DNA of 64,000 bases, from the IMG/VR virus record IMGVR_UViG_3300027977_000007. One strand, written 5' to 3'. This document shows, one piece after another, positions 50,935-59,554 of this stretch (the stretch's first letter is position 1; the number at the start of each line of letters is the position of its first letter). The notes beneath the pieces are model-generated. The model ran no database searches. It saw only the letters and a program-made list of their open reading frames with translations, and was not told the DNA's origin. A program made the translations under genes and the position numbers. This DNA is from a virus.

Positions 50935-51007
50935 ATTTTATGCTTTTATACAAAGGTACATAAACTATTCCAAAGTTCCAAATATTTATAGACAAAGTTA
51001 CCACTAA

Positions 51008-52270
51008 ATGAAGTTCGTTAGATATAACCCAAGCCTGTTAGTTGAAAATGCTAAGCCAAATATGTCAGTAAAACAATTGGATGAAATAGACCAATTGGCC
51101 TCTAGTATCGATACCCACTTAGGTCAAGAACTACACGTACCAAATGATGTGCTTGATAGCTTTAAGATTAAGGATACCCTATCCCCAGATATCTGGCCCG
51201 ATGGCAACCTATCACCTAAGATTAAAACACAACTAGTAAGAATCGCTAAGGACTTTATTAAAGAACTTAAGCCCAAGACACCAATAAGGATTAAAGATAT
51301 TCTTTTTACTGGCTCTTTAGCTAATTATAATTGGTCCAAGTTCTCAGATATTGACATGCATATTCTAGTCGATTTTAATGACCTAGATGCAAATAAAGAT
51401 ATAGCCAAAGAATACTTTGATGCACAAAAAAATCTCTGGAACCAAAAACATGATATTACCGTATTCAATTATCCTGTTGAACTATATGTTCAAGATGTTA
51501 AAGAAAAATTGGTGGCAACCGCTGTGTATTCAGTATTGCACGATAAATGGATTAGAAAACCTGAGCGTGAAAGCTTTAAATTAAATAAAAAAGTCATAAA
51601 GGATAAAGCTGATAAATTTATTACACAACTTAAAGATATTAGAACCGCATATAAAAAAGAAGACTACCAAGAAGTTGTTGATATGGTCACTAGCCTTAAG
51701 GCTAAGATTAAAACGATGCGTAAATCAGGACTAGAAAAAGGTGGTGAACTCTCAGATGAAAATATCGTCTTTAAGGTCCTTAGAAGAACCCAATTTATGG
51801 AAATACTAGATAGCTTTAAGGCTAAGGCATATGATAAGCTTATGTCAGTTGTCGAAACGCTAAACGAAGATGAAAGATGGAACAAGGATGGTGTTGTCTT
51901 TATCCGTGGCCAAGTCTTGCCAGATAATGAACAACGACTTTTCGTAACAACTACTAAGAATATACTAAACGTAAATAAAAAAAAGAAAGATAACTCAGAT
52001 GCCATACCAGCTGAAATGATTTCTTTTGGTAATAATCCAGTATATCGTGTCGGTTTAATAGATGGTAGACTTAAGCCCCTAAAGGTGGATTGGAAATCTA
52101 AGGAATCTATGCTACAACGCTTAGGTCTTACTACGACAAGCCTTGCACTTAACGCTGATACCAAGACTCCATTGCATTGGAAATCTCTTAAGTATAATAA
52201 TGTAATAACAGCTATTAATAACCTATCCCAAGAATTACAAGCATTGCCAAATATAAAATGGATTAACTAA
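51008..52270 (+). CDS. Pol-beta superfamily nucleotidyltransferase with extra C-terminal domain
   Basis: GSLANYNWSKFSDIDMH, PVELYVQD; late motif at 50982. Confidence 0.8.
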   Translation: MKFVRYNPSLLVENAKPNMSVKQLDEIDQLASSIDTHLGQELHVPNDVLDSFKIKDTLSPDIWPDGNLSPKIKTQLVRIAKDFIKELKPKTPIRIKDILFTGSLANYNWSKFSDIDMHILVDFNDLDANKDIAKEYFDAQKNLWNQKHDITVFNYPVELYVQDVKEKLVATAVYSVLHDKWIRKPERESFKLNKKVIKDKADKFITQLKDIRTAYKKEDYQEVVDMVTSLKAKIKTMRKSGLEKGGELSDENIVFKVLRRTQFMEILDSFKAKAYDKLMSVVETLNEDERWNKDGVVFIRGQVLPDNEQRLFVTTTKNILNVNKKKKDNSDAIPAEMISFGNNPVYRVGLIDGRLKPLKVDWKSKESMLQRLGLTTTSLALNADTKTPLHWKSLKYNNVITAINNLSQELQALPNIKWIN

Positions 52271-52271
52271 G

Positions 52272-53027
52272 ATGAATATTAATATAAAAAGACTTCTTAG
52301 AGAAGCCCTAGAAAAACGACTCCCAGATACCACGTTCTCCCAAGAATTAAAGCAACACCAATATCCAAGCCTTAGCAACCCATCCAGAACGGCTGATATT
52401 AATCAGCTTTATTATAGAATAAATAAAGCAGCTCAACAAGCAAATGCCTTTATGTCAACAAACCCAGATGATAACTACTTTAATTCACCAGAAGATGGTA
52501 CTGGATTCTACCAAGTAGAACTTAGACATGATGGTCAAATAAAAACCAAGCACATCAAAGCAAGCCCAGATATGCAACAAATGGATGGTGCCTTTAGACC
52601 AAGTGATGTGGGTACTTGTAAGACATACCAAAACATAGCTAGATATTGCTTCGTTAAGGCTGGCAAGAATGGTACCAGCGTTGGTGCTAGCCCAGCTGAA
52701 GATGCCGCTAATAAGGCCCTAATCATCTTTAGAAATGAACTAATTGACTTCTTGGATGGTTCATCTTATGATGATGGTAAAGGCGCAGAAATATCTAGAG
52801 AAAAAATGTCACATAAACAAGCATTAAAAAAGCAGAAAAAAGACCTAGAAACCAAGATAGGTCGTAGAATATCAGACTCAGAATGGATGGATTTCCTTGA
52901 GTCAGGTCAAGAACCTAAGCCTAAGCCTAGTATTACAACTAACCCAGATGCTAATGCTGAATTTGAAAAAAGACAAGCAATGGCTATCGCTAGAAGAAAT
53001 GCAGCACTTAAAAATCGTGGTCAATAA
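52272..53027 (+). CDS. Hypothetical protein with IKRLLREAL tag
   Basis: Tag motif. Confidence 0.7.
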   Translation: MNINIKRLLREALEKRLPDTTFSQELKQHQYPSLSNPSRTADINQLYYRINKAAQQANAFMSTNPDDNYFNSPEDGTGFYQVELRHDGQIKTKHIKASPDMQQMDGAFRPSDVGTCKTYQNIARYCFVKAGKNGTSVGASPAEDAANKALIIFRNELIDFLDGSSYDDGKGAEISREKMSHKQALKKQKKDLETKIGRRISDSEWMDFLESGQEPKPKPSITTNPDANAEFEKRQAMAIARRNAALKNRGQ

Positions 53028-53421
53028 TATGTACCAATTCAAATTTCCTATCAGTCTTGCCAAGCATCTCTGTTACCCAAGCCATTGCTTCCTCATCAGT
53101 CTCATACCTAGATTCAATATAAGCCCCACCCTCAAACAATGCTTTTAGATATGGTTTTTGAAAGATTGAATAACCCCCTAAGACTGATTCATCTTCTTCA
53201 ATATGATAAGCATCATTCCGCATCAAATCCTCAATACTATACAAATGATTAAAACCTGAATAAGCATCCCGATATCCACCAGAAGTATATCTATTGCTTG
53301 GTATTAACCCAAAAAAGTATCTAATTTGCTTAGGTTCTTGCCAGTAATACCTATGCTTGGTCGTTCCATGTGTTATGGTAATCGAAGTAATCTTACTGGG
53401 TTCAAATGTTCTTGTTTTCAT
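53008..53421 (-). CDS. Hypothetical protein
   Basis: 137-aa ORF. Confidence 0.65.
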   Translation of the reverse strand: MKTRTFEPSKITSITITHGTTKHRYYWQEPKQIRYFFGLIPSNRYTSGGYRDAYSGFNHLYSIEDLMRNDAYHIEEDESVLGGYSIFQKPYLKALFEGGAYIESRYETDEEAMAWVTEMLGKTDRKFELVHIIDHDF

Positions 53422-53446
53422 GTTTTTTATGTATTAATATAAATTA

Positions 53447-54781
53447 TTAAAGACCGAATGCATCAAGATAATCATACGCAGCTATTGGGTCACTAGTATT
53501 AATATCATTGGTTATTTTTAAATTACCAGCCTTGATAAAGGCTATTATTTTATCAACAACTTCATTAAATAAAGCCTCTGGTGCGTTAACGTTTTTATAC
53601 CCCTTGAATTGTTGAATCTTAAAGATTCTATCCCCAATATCAAAGCTCATTGATATCTTTTGTTTATGCTTTTCTTGCCATATCTCAGAACCCTTGTTAT
53701 CTTCAAGCCTTAATTCGAGGGTATATCCATTAATATGATATATAGCACAACTACCAGAATCAACATTATTACTATAATTAGCAACACAGTGCTTCATACG
53801 TTGACCCTCACGTACCAAATCCTTATTCGTTAATAATAATTCATACCCACTAAGCTCAGCAAATGACTTGTATTCTGACCTAATCTTTAATGGTCGCTCC
53901 TCTTGACCCTCAAATAAATAGTTCGTTACCTCTAAGGCCCAAGCATCATGCTCCTCCTTTAATCGCCTTAGACTCCAACTAGTATTAACCTTCTTACCAA
54001 GCATATCTGCCATCTTACATGTATCCTCGAAGTATTCAGAGTCTAACATCTCTACCCTGATATTCATTGGATTATGAAGCAAATCCTTAATTAGACACCA
54101 TTTCTTCGTAATATTACCCCCCTGAAATAATCGGCTTTTCTCAATTTCTTTACCTACCTTAGCTGGCACCTTATATATATGACGATATATGGCATTTAAG
54201 CTAGTTAACTTTTTAGCTATAATCGTATTGAAGGATAAGGTATCAAAACCAGAAACCCTAATAACATCAATCCATTCATATCTAGCCCTAAATGCTTGAT
54301 ATATAAGGCTTTCTTCATGTATCTTTGTATCAAGCCCCCTATTGGTTAGCTCAGCACTAATGTAAGAGTTTACATCACCCCATGTTAAATGATGTACACT
54401 ACGATTACTTATATGCCAAGACTTATTGTCCTTACAAGTAATACGAGATAATAGCTTCTGTGAACGATATATCTTGTTGGTCTTGCTCATACCAACAGAT
54501 ACCCTAAAGATACAAGCCTCAAAGTTTTTTGGACCATATTCAAATAATACCATCCGAGTATACGTATACTCGTTTATATTACCCTTATTAGTCATGTATA
54601 CCACCCTAGCTAACTTAGGATTCTTTTCATATGTCTCATATAGCTTGCTTATACTTGAGTTTTTGGTCTCGTATATGAGAGTATACTTGGCCTTAACATT
54701 ACTCGTATTTTTCTTGCGCTTCGGAGCAGCCTTTGGTACCACCGCTTCCGTTCTATTTCTAGGCTTTAATTCTGGTATCAT
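53447..54781 (-). CDS. PcfJ-domain protein
   Basis: LKEEHD, DLVREGQRMKHCVANY, TLEL, IQQFKGYKN. Confidence 0.75.
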   Translation of the reverse strand: MIPELKPRNRTEAVVPKAAPKRKKNTSNVKAKYTLIYETKNSSISKLYETYEKNPKLARVVYMTNKGNINEYTYTRMVLFEYGPKNFEACIFRVSVGMSKTNKIYRSQKLLSRITCKDNKSWHISNRSVHHLTWGDVNSYISAELTNRGLDTKIHEESLIYQAFRARYEWIDVIRVSGFDTLSFNTIIAKKLTSLNAIYRHIYKVPAKVGKEIEKSRLFQGGNITKKWCLIKDLLHNPMNIRVEMLDSEYFEDTCKMADMLGKKVNTSWSLRRLKEEHDAWALEVTNYLFEGQEERPLKIRSEYKSFAELSGYELLLTNKDLVREGQRMKHCVANYSNNVDSGSCAIYHINGYTLELRLEDNKGSEIWQEKHKQKISMSFDIGDRIFKIQQFKGYKNVNAPEALFNEVVDKIIAFIKAGNLKITNDINTSDPIAAYDYLDAFGL

Positions 54782-54782
54782 A

Positions 54783-55121
54783 TTATGTTGTTTTTTTCTT
54801 ATATATCCTAGTCACACCATCCTTATAGGTGAAACGATATTCCGTGTTTGAATAAAAGCCTTCTTCTTTAAGAACCGCTATGGCTGCTGGTGAAATGTAA
54901 CAACTTGCCATAACTGAAACCGATTCAGCATGTGCCACACAAATAAGCTCCTCATAATCATCCCACTGGATACCAGCCTCCAATTCACAAGCTCGTTCCA
55001 ATACACCAATCAAACGCTCTCTAGACCATGGGCCACCCCTAGCTTGATGCGCAGCACCATACATATACCAATCAGCAAGCTCATCAATACTAAATAGTTT
55101 TTCACTTCTTGTCTTGTCCAT
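54783..55121 (-). CDS. Hypothetical protein
   Basis: ORF behind TACCTTTG at 55139. Confidence 0.65.
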   Translation of the reverse strand: MDKTRSEKLFSIDELADWYMYGAAHQARGGPWSRERLIGVLERACELEAGIQWDDYEELICVAHAESVSVMASCYISPAAIAVLKEEGFYSNTEYRFTYKDGVTRIYKKKTT

Positions 55122-55174
55122 ACTTTATTATTTTCATCCAAAGGTACTACTAATATTTTAAAGCGCAAAATTTT

Positions 55175-55357
55175 CCAGAAAAAAATTTTTGAAATATGGC
55201 ATCCTCTTTTTTAAAACCAAAAAATTTCCCAGAAAAAAATTTTTGAAATATGGCATCCCCTTTTTTCTTTATCATTTTTTCCCCAGAAATTTTTTGAACA
55301 GCATCATAACCTTTTTTAGTCCAATTTTTTCTCAGAAATTTTTTGAACAGCATCATA
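55175..55357. repeat. Four A/T-tract direct repeats with ~50-54 bp period
   Basis: ccagaaaaaaatttttgaaatatggcatcc at 55175 and 55229; cagaaattttttgaacagcatcata at 55284 and 55333. Confidence 0.85.
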
Positions 55358-55369
55358 CCCCATATATAC

Positions 55370-55461
55370 GGGGGCATACGGGGGGTATAGTAAGGGGGGT
55401 AACGGAGGGGGGGGTATGCATAGGGGGGGGGCTATATGGGGGTATATGGGCTATCTGGGGG
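55370..55461 (+). other. G-tract block (potential G-quadruplex)
   Basis: Eight G-runs of 3-9 nt separated by short TA-rich linkers. Confidence 0.8.
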
Positions 55462-55536
55462 CGTTTTATTATCATTGCTTAGTCTGGTATCAACTAGTTA
55501 AATAACGTGGCTTAAAGTGGCTGCAAATAGGTATAA

Positions 55537-55569
55537 TAAAAAAACCCACTACAACTTAATGTAGTGGGC
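55537..55569 (-). terminator. Intrinsic terminator
   Basis: cccactaca/tgtagtggg stem with U-run on the minus strand. Confidence 0.8.
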
Positions 55570-55590
55570 TTATGTGGTATTTTTGCTATG

Positions 55591-56469
55591 TTAGTTATTA
55601 ACCATATCAAAAATAAGCTGGTGTGCAAGGTCGCTGGTTTTAGCTGCGCTTGTAAACATTAGTTTTTCTTCACAACCGTTTGCCGCTTCATGCGTGGTAT
55701 AACGGGTTGCACCTTGCAACAGGCTAAACAAGTTTGCACCTGTATTTTGCATCTCGATAGCTACGCTATTATTGATAGCGTCCATTATATTACGTTTACG
55801 GGTGCTAATTTCCTTAGCTTCGCCAAGTGTTACGCCTGTAAGGTTGTGGTAAAAGGTTTCCACTTGCTTAGCTGTTACGGGCGTTTTAAGCAACTTAGCT
55901 AGGCTATTTTGGTAGTCCGTAACATTGCTAATGGCTTTCGTAATTTCGTGCGTGTAAAGCATACTTTTAGCGTGGTTATTAGCCGTATTTTTGTAGGACA
56001 AATCAATATCCTTCTTCCAAGATTTCGCACCATTGGCGCACCACAAACGGAACGCATAAAAGCCTAAAGATACCTTTGTTTGCCCATCAAAGCCAGTCTT
56101 AAATTGCAATTTTGTTGCAAGTGTATCACCTACCATTGGGCTAGGTATATCGAAATTTTGCAATTGCAAATCGAACACAATTTTCGAGCCTTCGCAATAT
56201 TCATTATATGTCAATTTTGACAAATCTAATCCTGCTGCGATAGCTGATTCAACAATACTTGTAAGGAACAAATCTAGGTTCATTGGTTCAAAAATTTTAC
56301 CAACTACACCTAATGCCTTGCCACCCGTATGGCGATAAATACCATAGGTTTCGGGGCTATCAAATCCATCAATACCGCTATGTAGCTGTATTTTTTTAGG
56401 TTGGATAAGACGGTTGCGGATACCTTCAATGTTTGTAAACTCGTTGCTGATACTGTCTAAGATACTCAT
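55591..56469 (-). CDS. DUF932-family protein
   Basis: LGVVGK..P, GFDG, RLWCANG, LFSLLQGATRYTTH. Confidence 0.75.
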   Translation of the reverse strand: MSILDSISNEFTNIEGIRNRLIQPKKIQLHSGIDGFDSPETYGIYRHTGGKALGVVGKIFEPMNLDLFLTSIVESAIAAGLDLSKLTYNEYCEGSKIVFDLQLQNFDIPSPMVGDTLATKLQFKTGFDGQTKVSLGFYAFRLWCANGAKSWKKDIDLSYKNTANNHAKSMLYTHEITKAISNVTDYQNSLAKLLKTPVTAKQVETFYHNLTGVTLGEAKEISTRKRNIMDAINNSVAIEMQNTGANLFSLLQGATRYTTHEAANGCEEKLMFTSAAKTSDLAHQLIFDMVNN

Positions 56470-56720
56470 GTTAAAAAGTTGTTTGGGTTAAATGATGGTT
56501 CAAAGGTAAATAAACTTATTTAGAATTCCAAATCTTAACTAAAATAAACTTACATTTTTTTTATCGTTATGTATGTAGTATAGTAGTAATTATTTGCTGA
56601 CACAAAGATAAGTAAACTAATTTAAACGGCATAGTCTGAAACAAAACTTTTTTATTGGTATATAAATTAATACAAATTATTAAAAAATTATATATTAAAT
56701 TTGTTGGTGTCTAATTTATT

Positions 56721-56785
56721 GGACGTGTTGGAGTATACCTCCCGTTGGTATGTGCCAGCGTCCCGTTGCGTTTCTCTTAACAACG
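56721..56785 (-). ncRNA. Putative structured small RNA, copy A
   Basis: One of three copies; hairpin plus three-way junction; own promoter upstream; no ORF. Confidence 0.6.
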
Positions 56786-56896
56786 GTGTAAAATTAAGTA
56801 AAATAATTGAAACGGCATAACTTTTTTTAAGAAAAATAAATTTATTTTTAGGTAAAATAAATTAGATAATCTCGATAATTTGTTTTATCTTTACAA

Positions 56897-56959
56897 TGTT
56901 GTTACGAAAAGACAACGTGACGGTTGCTAGTGCAAGCGGAAGGTATACTCCAACACGTC
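56897..56959 (+). ncRNA. Putative structured small RNA, copy B
   Basis: Follows TATCTTTA at 56886; compensatory changes; U-rich tail. Confidence 0.6.
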
Positions 56960-57203
56960 TAATTTTTTTTATGTTTATTTTTTTATATTCTTTTTTATTT
57001 GTATGTGTTTTTTAATTATGTATTATAGTATTTTTCTTTGCCTGACTATATTAATAAACTAAAATAGGGCTGAAGGCTATTTTTAGGCTATTTAAGGGCG
57101 TTTTAGTATTGTTCCCTTATGTGTTATTAACTAACTTAATAAAGTGGCTTAAATTGGCTTAAAATAGGCTAGATTAATTAAATAGGGTATAATAGGGTAA
57201 AAT

Positions 57204-57238
57204 AAAAAAAACCCGTACATTAAATTGTACGGGTTTTT
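57204..57238. terminator. Intrinsic terminator
   Basis: aaaaacccgtaca/tgtacgggttttt. Confidence 0.8.
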
Positions 57239-57255
57239 CATATTGGTATTTTACC

Positions 57256-57313
57256 TTATACGGTAATGCCTTGCAGTTGTACTTCGGCTTTGTCAAATAT
57301 AAAGTTTCGATAT
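57256..57313 (-). pseudogene. Displaced duplicate 3' end of gene 58029-58607
   Basis: YRNFIFDKAEVQLQGITV* versus YRSFVFSKAEVQLQGITI*. Confidence 0.85.
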
Positions 57314-57393
57314 CTATATTTTTTTTATAAAAATTTAGTTTTTAACAAAATTTATTATATTTATAATTAAATAACAAATACTAAATATAATGT

Positions 57394-58008
57394 ATGAAAG
57401 ATTACTCAATAAAAAGAAAACAATGGTATCAAGAAAATAAAGAACGAATAAAATCTAAACAAAAAGAAAGGTATCAAGAAAATAAATCTGAAATAAAAGA
57501 AAAACATAAAGAATACTATGAAAAAAATAAAGAAGAGTTAAAAAGTAAACAAAAAGAATATAATTCCAAAAATTATGTTAAAGGTAGTAAAAATGAATAT
57601 TTTAAAGAATATAGAGAAAATAATAAAACGATATTACTTGAAAAAGCGAAAGAACGAAACAAACAAAAAAGAAAAACTGACCCACTATTTAAAATAAAAT
57701 CAAATATGCGTTCAAATATTGCTAATGCTGTTAAAAGAATAAACCATAAAAAAGAAAGTAAAACTGAGTTAATTTTAGGGTGTTCATTTGATGAATTAAA
57801 ACAATATTTAGAGTCTAAATTTGAGGTTTGGATGAATTGGGGTAATTACGGTCTGTATAACGGTGAACCCAATTTTGGTTGGGATATTGACCATAAAATA
57901 CCACAAAATAAAGCTTTGAATTATGAAGAATTAATAAAACTTAATCACTATACAAATTTACAACCTTTATGTAGTAAAATGAATAGAGATATTAAAAAGG
58001 GGTTTTAA
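57394..58008 (+). CDS. HNH homing endonuclease with Lys/Glu-rich N-terminal repeats
   Basis: LGCS..ELKQYLESKF..WMNWGNYG..WDIDHKIP..HYTNLQPL. Confidence 0.85.
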   Translation: MKDYSIKRKQWYQENKERIKSKQKERYQENKSEIKEKHKEYYEKNKEELKSKQKEYNSKNYVKGSKNEYFKEYRENNKTILLEKAKERNKQKRKTDPLFKIKSNMRSNIANAVKRINHKKESKTELILGCSFDELKQYLESKFEVWMNWGNYGLYNGEPNFGWDIDHKIPQNKALNYEELIKLNHYTNLQPLCSKMNRDIKKGF

Positions 58009-58028
58009 AACCCCTTTTTAATTTATAA

Positions 58029-58607
58029 TTATATGGTAATGCCTTGCAGTTGTACCTCGGCTTTTGAGAAAACAAAAGAACGATATTTGTCCTGCTTAAA
58101 CTCGCATACTTTTTTTATCTTATTCTGAATAATCGTCAACTCTCTTGATTTGGTTTCCTTATATTCAATCGGTTTGATAACTGTTTTTTTAACTACCAAT
58201 CCGAATACGTGCAATTGCATAGTTTCTATATGCAATTTAACACCCTTTGTAAGATGAATATATGCATCTTTTTGAGCATCTGATAATCCTATCGTTTTGT
58301 CGTTCTGTTGGCGCAAGGCTTCTTTTACCTCGTCACTTGATAATCTTTTCTCAAGTGACACATATACGTTATTGTAAGCCGTTTCAACCAGTTCGGTTGA
58401 ATAGTCCTTTTGCAATATACCAAAAACTTTATCTTTGTTCTCTTGCAATACCTTGAAGTCATTGATTAGGCAATTTTCGTATGTGATACCTGCAATAATT
58501 GTTTGGTTACTTACTTCGCCTTGCTTGTTAGCATAGTTACGGATACCAATAAAGCTAGTGCCTTTAATGGTTTTGGCGGCAACTAATAATTTTGATGTAG
58601 GTTGCAT
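58029..58607 (-). CDS. Hypothetical early protein
   Basis: 192 aa; TACATTTG promoter at 58643. Confidence 0.75.
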   Translation of the reverse strand: MQPTSKLLVAAKTIKGTSFIGIRNYANKQGEVSNQTIIAGITYENCLINDFKVLQENKDKVFGILQKDYSTELVETAYNNVYVSLEKRLSSDEVKEALRQQNDKTIGLSDAQKDAYIHLTKGVKLHIETMQLHVFGLVVKKTVIKPIEYKETKSRELTIIQNKIKKVCEFKQDKYRSFVFSKAEVQLQGITI

Positions 58608-58729
58608 TGGGTATTTTTTAAGTGATTAATTAATAACAAAAGCAAATGTAGTGTAAATTTCTGACAAAAACAAATCTTAATTAAAATAAAACAAAACTTT
58701 TTAATTGATATGTGAAATTACTATTAAAT

Positions 58730-58954
58730 TTATTTTAGGGAATTTAAAACCCTTTTACGAGCTGCATACCAACCATTTTTTTTACGGGTTTGGTGTTGCC
58801 TAATTTGTAAAACAGGTACAACAATTACACCAGTAACCATAACAATTACAACACATATTAAAAACAATTCTTTTACACCGATTAGGTGCTCGGCAGTTTT
58901 AGCTATTATAGTTAGAACCACAGCGATAATAATAAAGATAGTAAAATTTTTCAT
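58730..58954 (-). CDS. Small two-TM membrane protein
   Basis: Two hydrophobic helices, basic tail; promoter at 58986. Confidence 0.65.
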   Translation of the reverse strand: MKNFTIFIIIAVVLTIIAKTAEHLIGVKELFLICVVIVMVTGVIVVPVLQIRQHQTRKKNGWYAARKRVLNSLK

Positions 58955-59073
58955 GGGTGCATTTTGATTGGTTATTTTGATGTTGTAAAGATAAGTAAAT
59001 TAATTTAAACGGCATAACTTTAAACAAAACTTTTTAATTAATATACGAAAATAAATTGTATAATATAGTATGT

Positions 59074-59137
59074 ACGTGTCGGAGTATACCTTCCGCTTAC
59101 TTGTGGTAACCGTCCCGTTGCGTTTCTCTTAACAACG
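59074..59137 (-). ncRNA. Putative structured small RNA, copy C
   Basis: Follows TATCTTTA (59141-59148, minus strand); same fold as copies A and B. Confidence 0.6.
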
Positions 59138-59230
59138 ATGTAAAGATAAAACAAATTATTGAAACGGCATAGCGTTTTAAAAAATAAACTAAAATAAAAA
59201 AAGGGCTATTTCTAGCCCTTTTTTTATGAA

Positions 59231-59410
59231 TTAATTATTTATGTTATATTGTTTTTTAAATTGTGAATATGGCACATAGATAAAAAAACTAACAAATATA
59301 ACAGAGTAATATATTAGCAATAAATTACCTGTACCAATATACGTTTCGCTAATTATTAGTAAATAAACTAATATAAGCAATACAGATTTAATTAATAAGA
59401 TTGTTTTCAT
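59231..59410 (-). CDS. Small two-TM membrane protein (59 aa, absent from ORF track)
   Basis: MKTILLIKSVLLILVYLLII...; A-rich leader; terminator at 59197-59225. Confidence 0.55.
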   Translation of the reverse strand: MKTILLIKSVLLILVYLLIISETYIGTGNLLLIYYSVIFVSFFIYVPYSQFKKQYNINN

Positions 59411-59435
59411 ATGTGGTTTTTTTTGGTTATTGGGC

Positions 59436-59543
59436 TATCCATAGGACAAAATAAAGTAATATTACACTTGATACGATAGTAATGATGCCACCGTAAAAAT
59501 CGCCAGGCGTTTCTTTTCTTATTTTATTTAATTCTGAGAACAT
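59436..59543 (-). CDS. Small membrane peptide (35 aa, absent from ORF track)
   Basis: MFSELNKIRKETPGDFYGGIITIVSSVILLILSYG. Confidence 0.45.
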
Positions 59544-59554
59544 ATGGATTTTTT

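Noticed and set aside
55175-55357. Possible CRISPR mini-array
   Set aside because: Repeats come in two different pairs, the spacers are short low-complexity A/T tracts, and no cas genes are present.
55150-55482. ORFs 55150-55377(-) and 55189-55482(+)
   Set aside because: They are translations of the repeat and G-tract DNA with low-complexity products.
56540-56635. Promoter at 56603 with no ORF, as another sRNA gene
   Set aside because: No structure is evident; more simply a tandem promoter for the DUF932 gene.
56721-59137. sRNA copies as tRNA fragments, hammerhead ribozymes or c-di-GMP riboswitches
   Set aside because: They lack a TTC T-loop, the CUGAnGA/GAAA core and the full GEMM consensus, and no downstream ORF depends on them.
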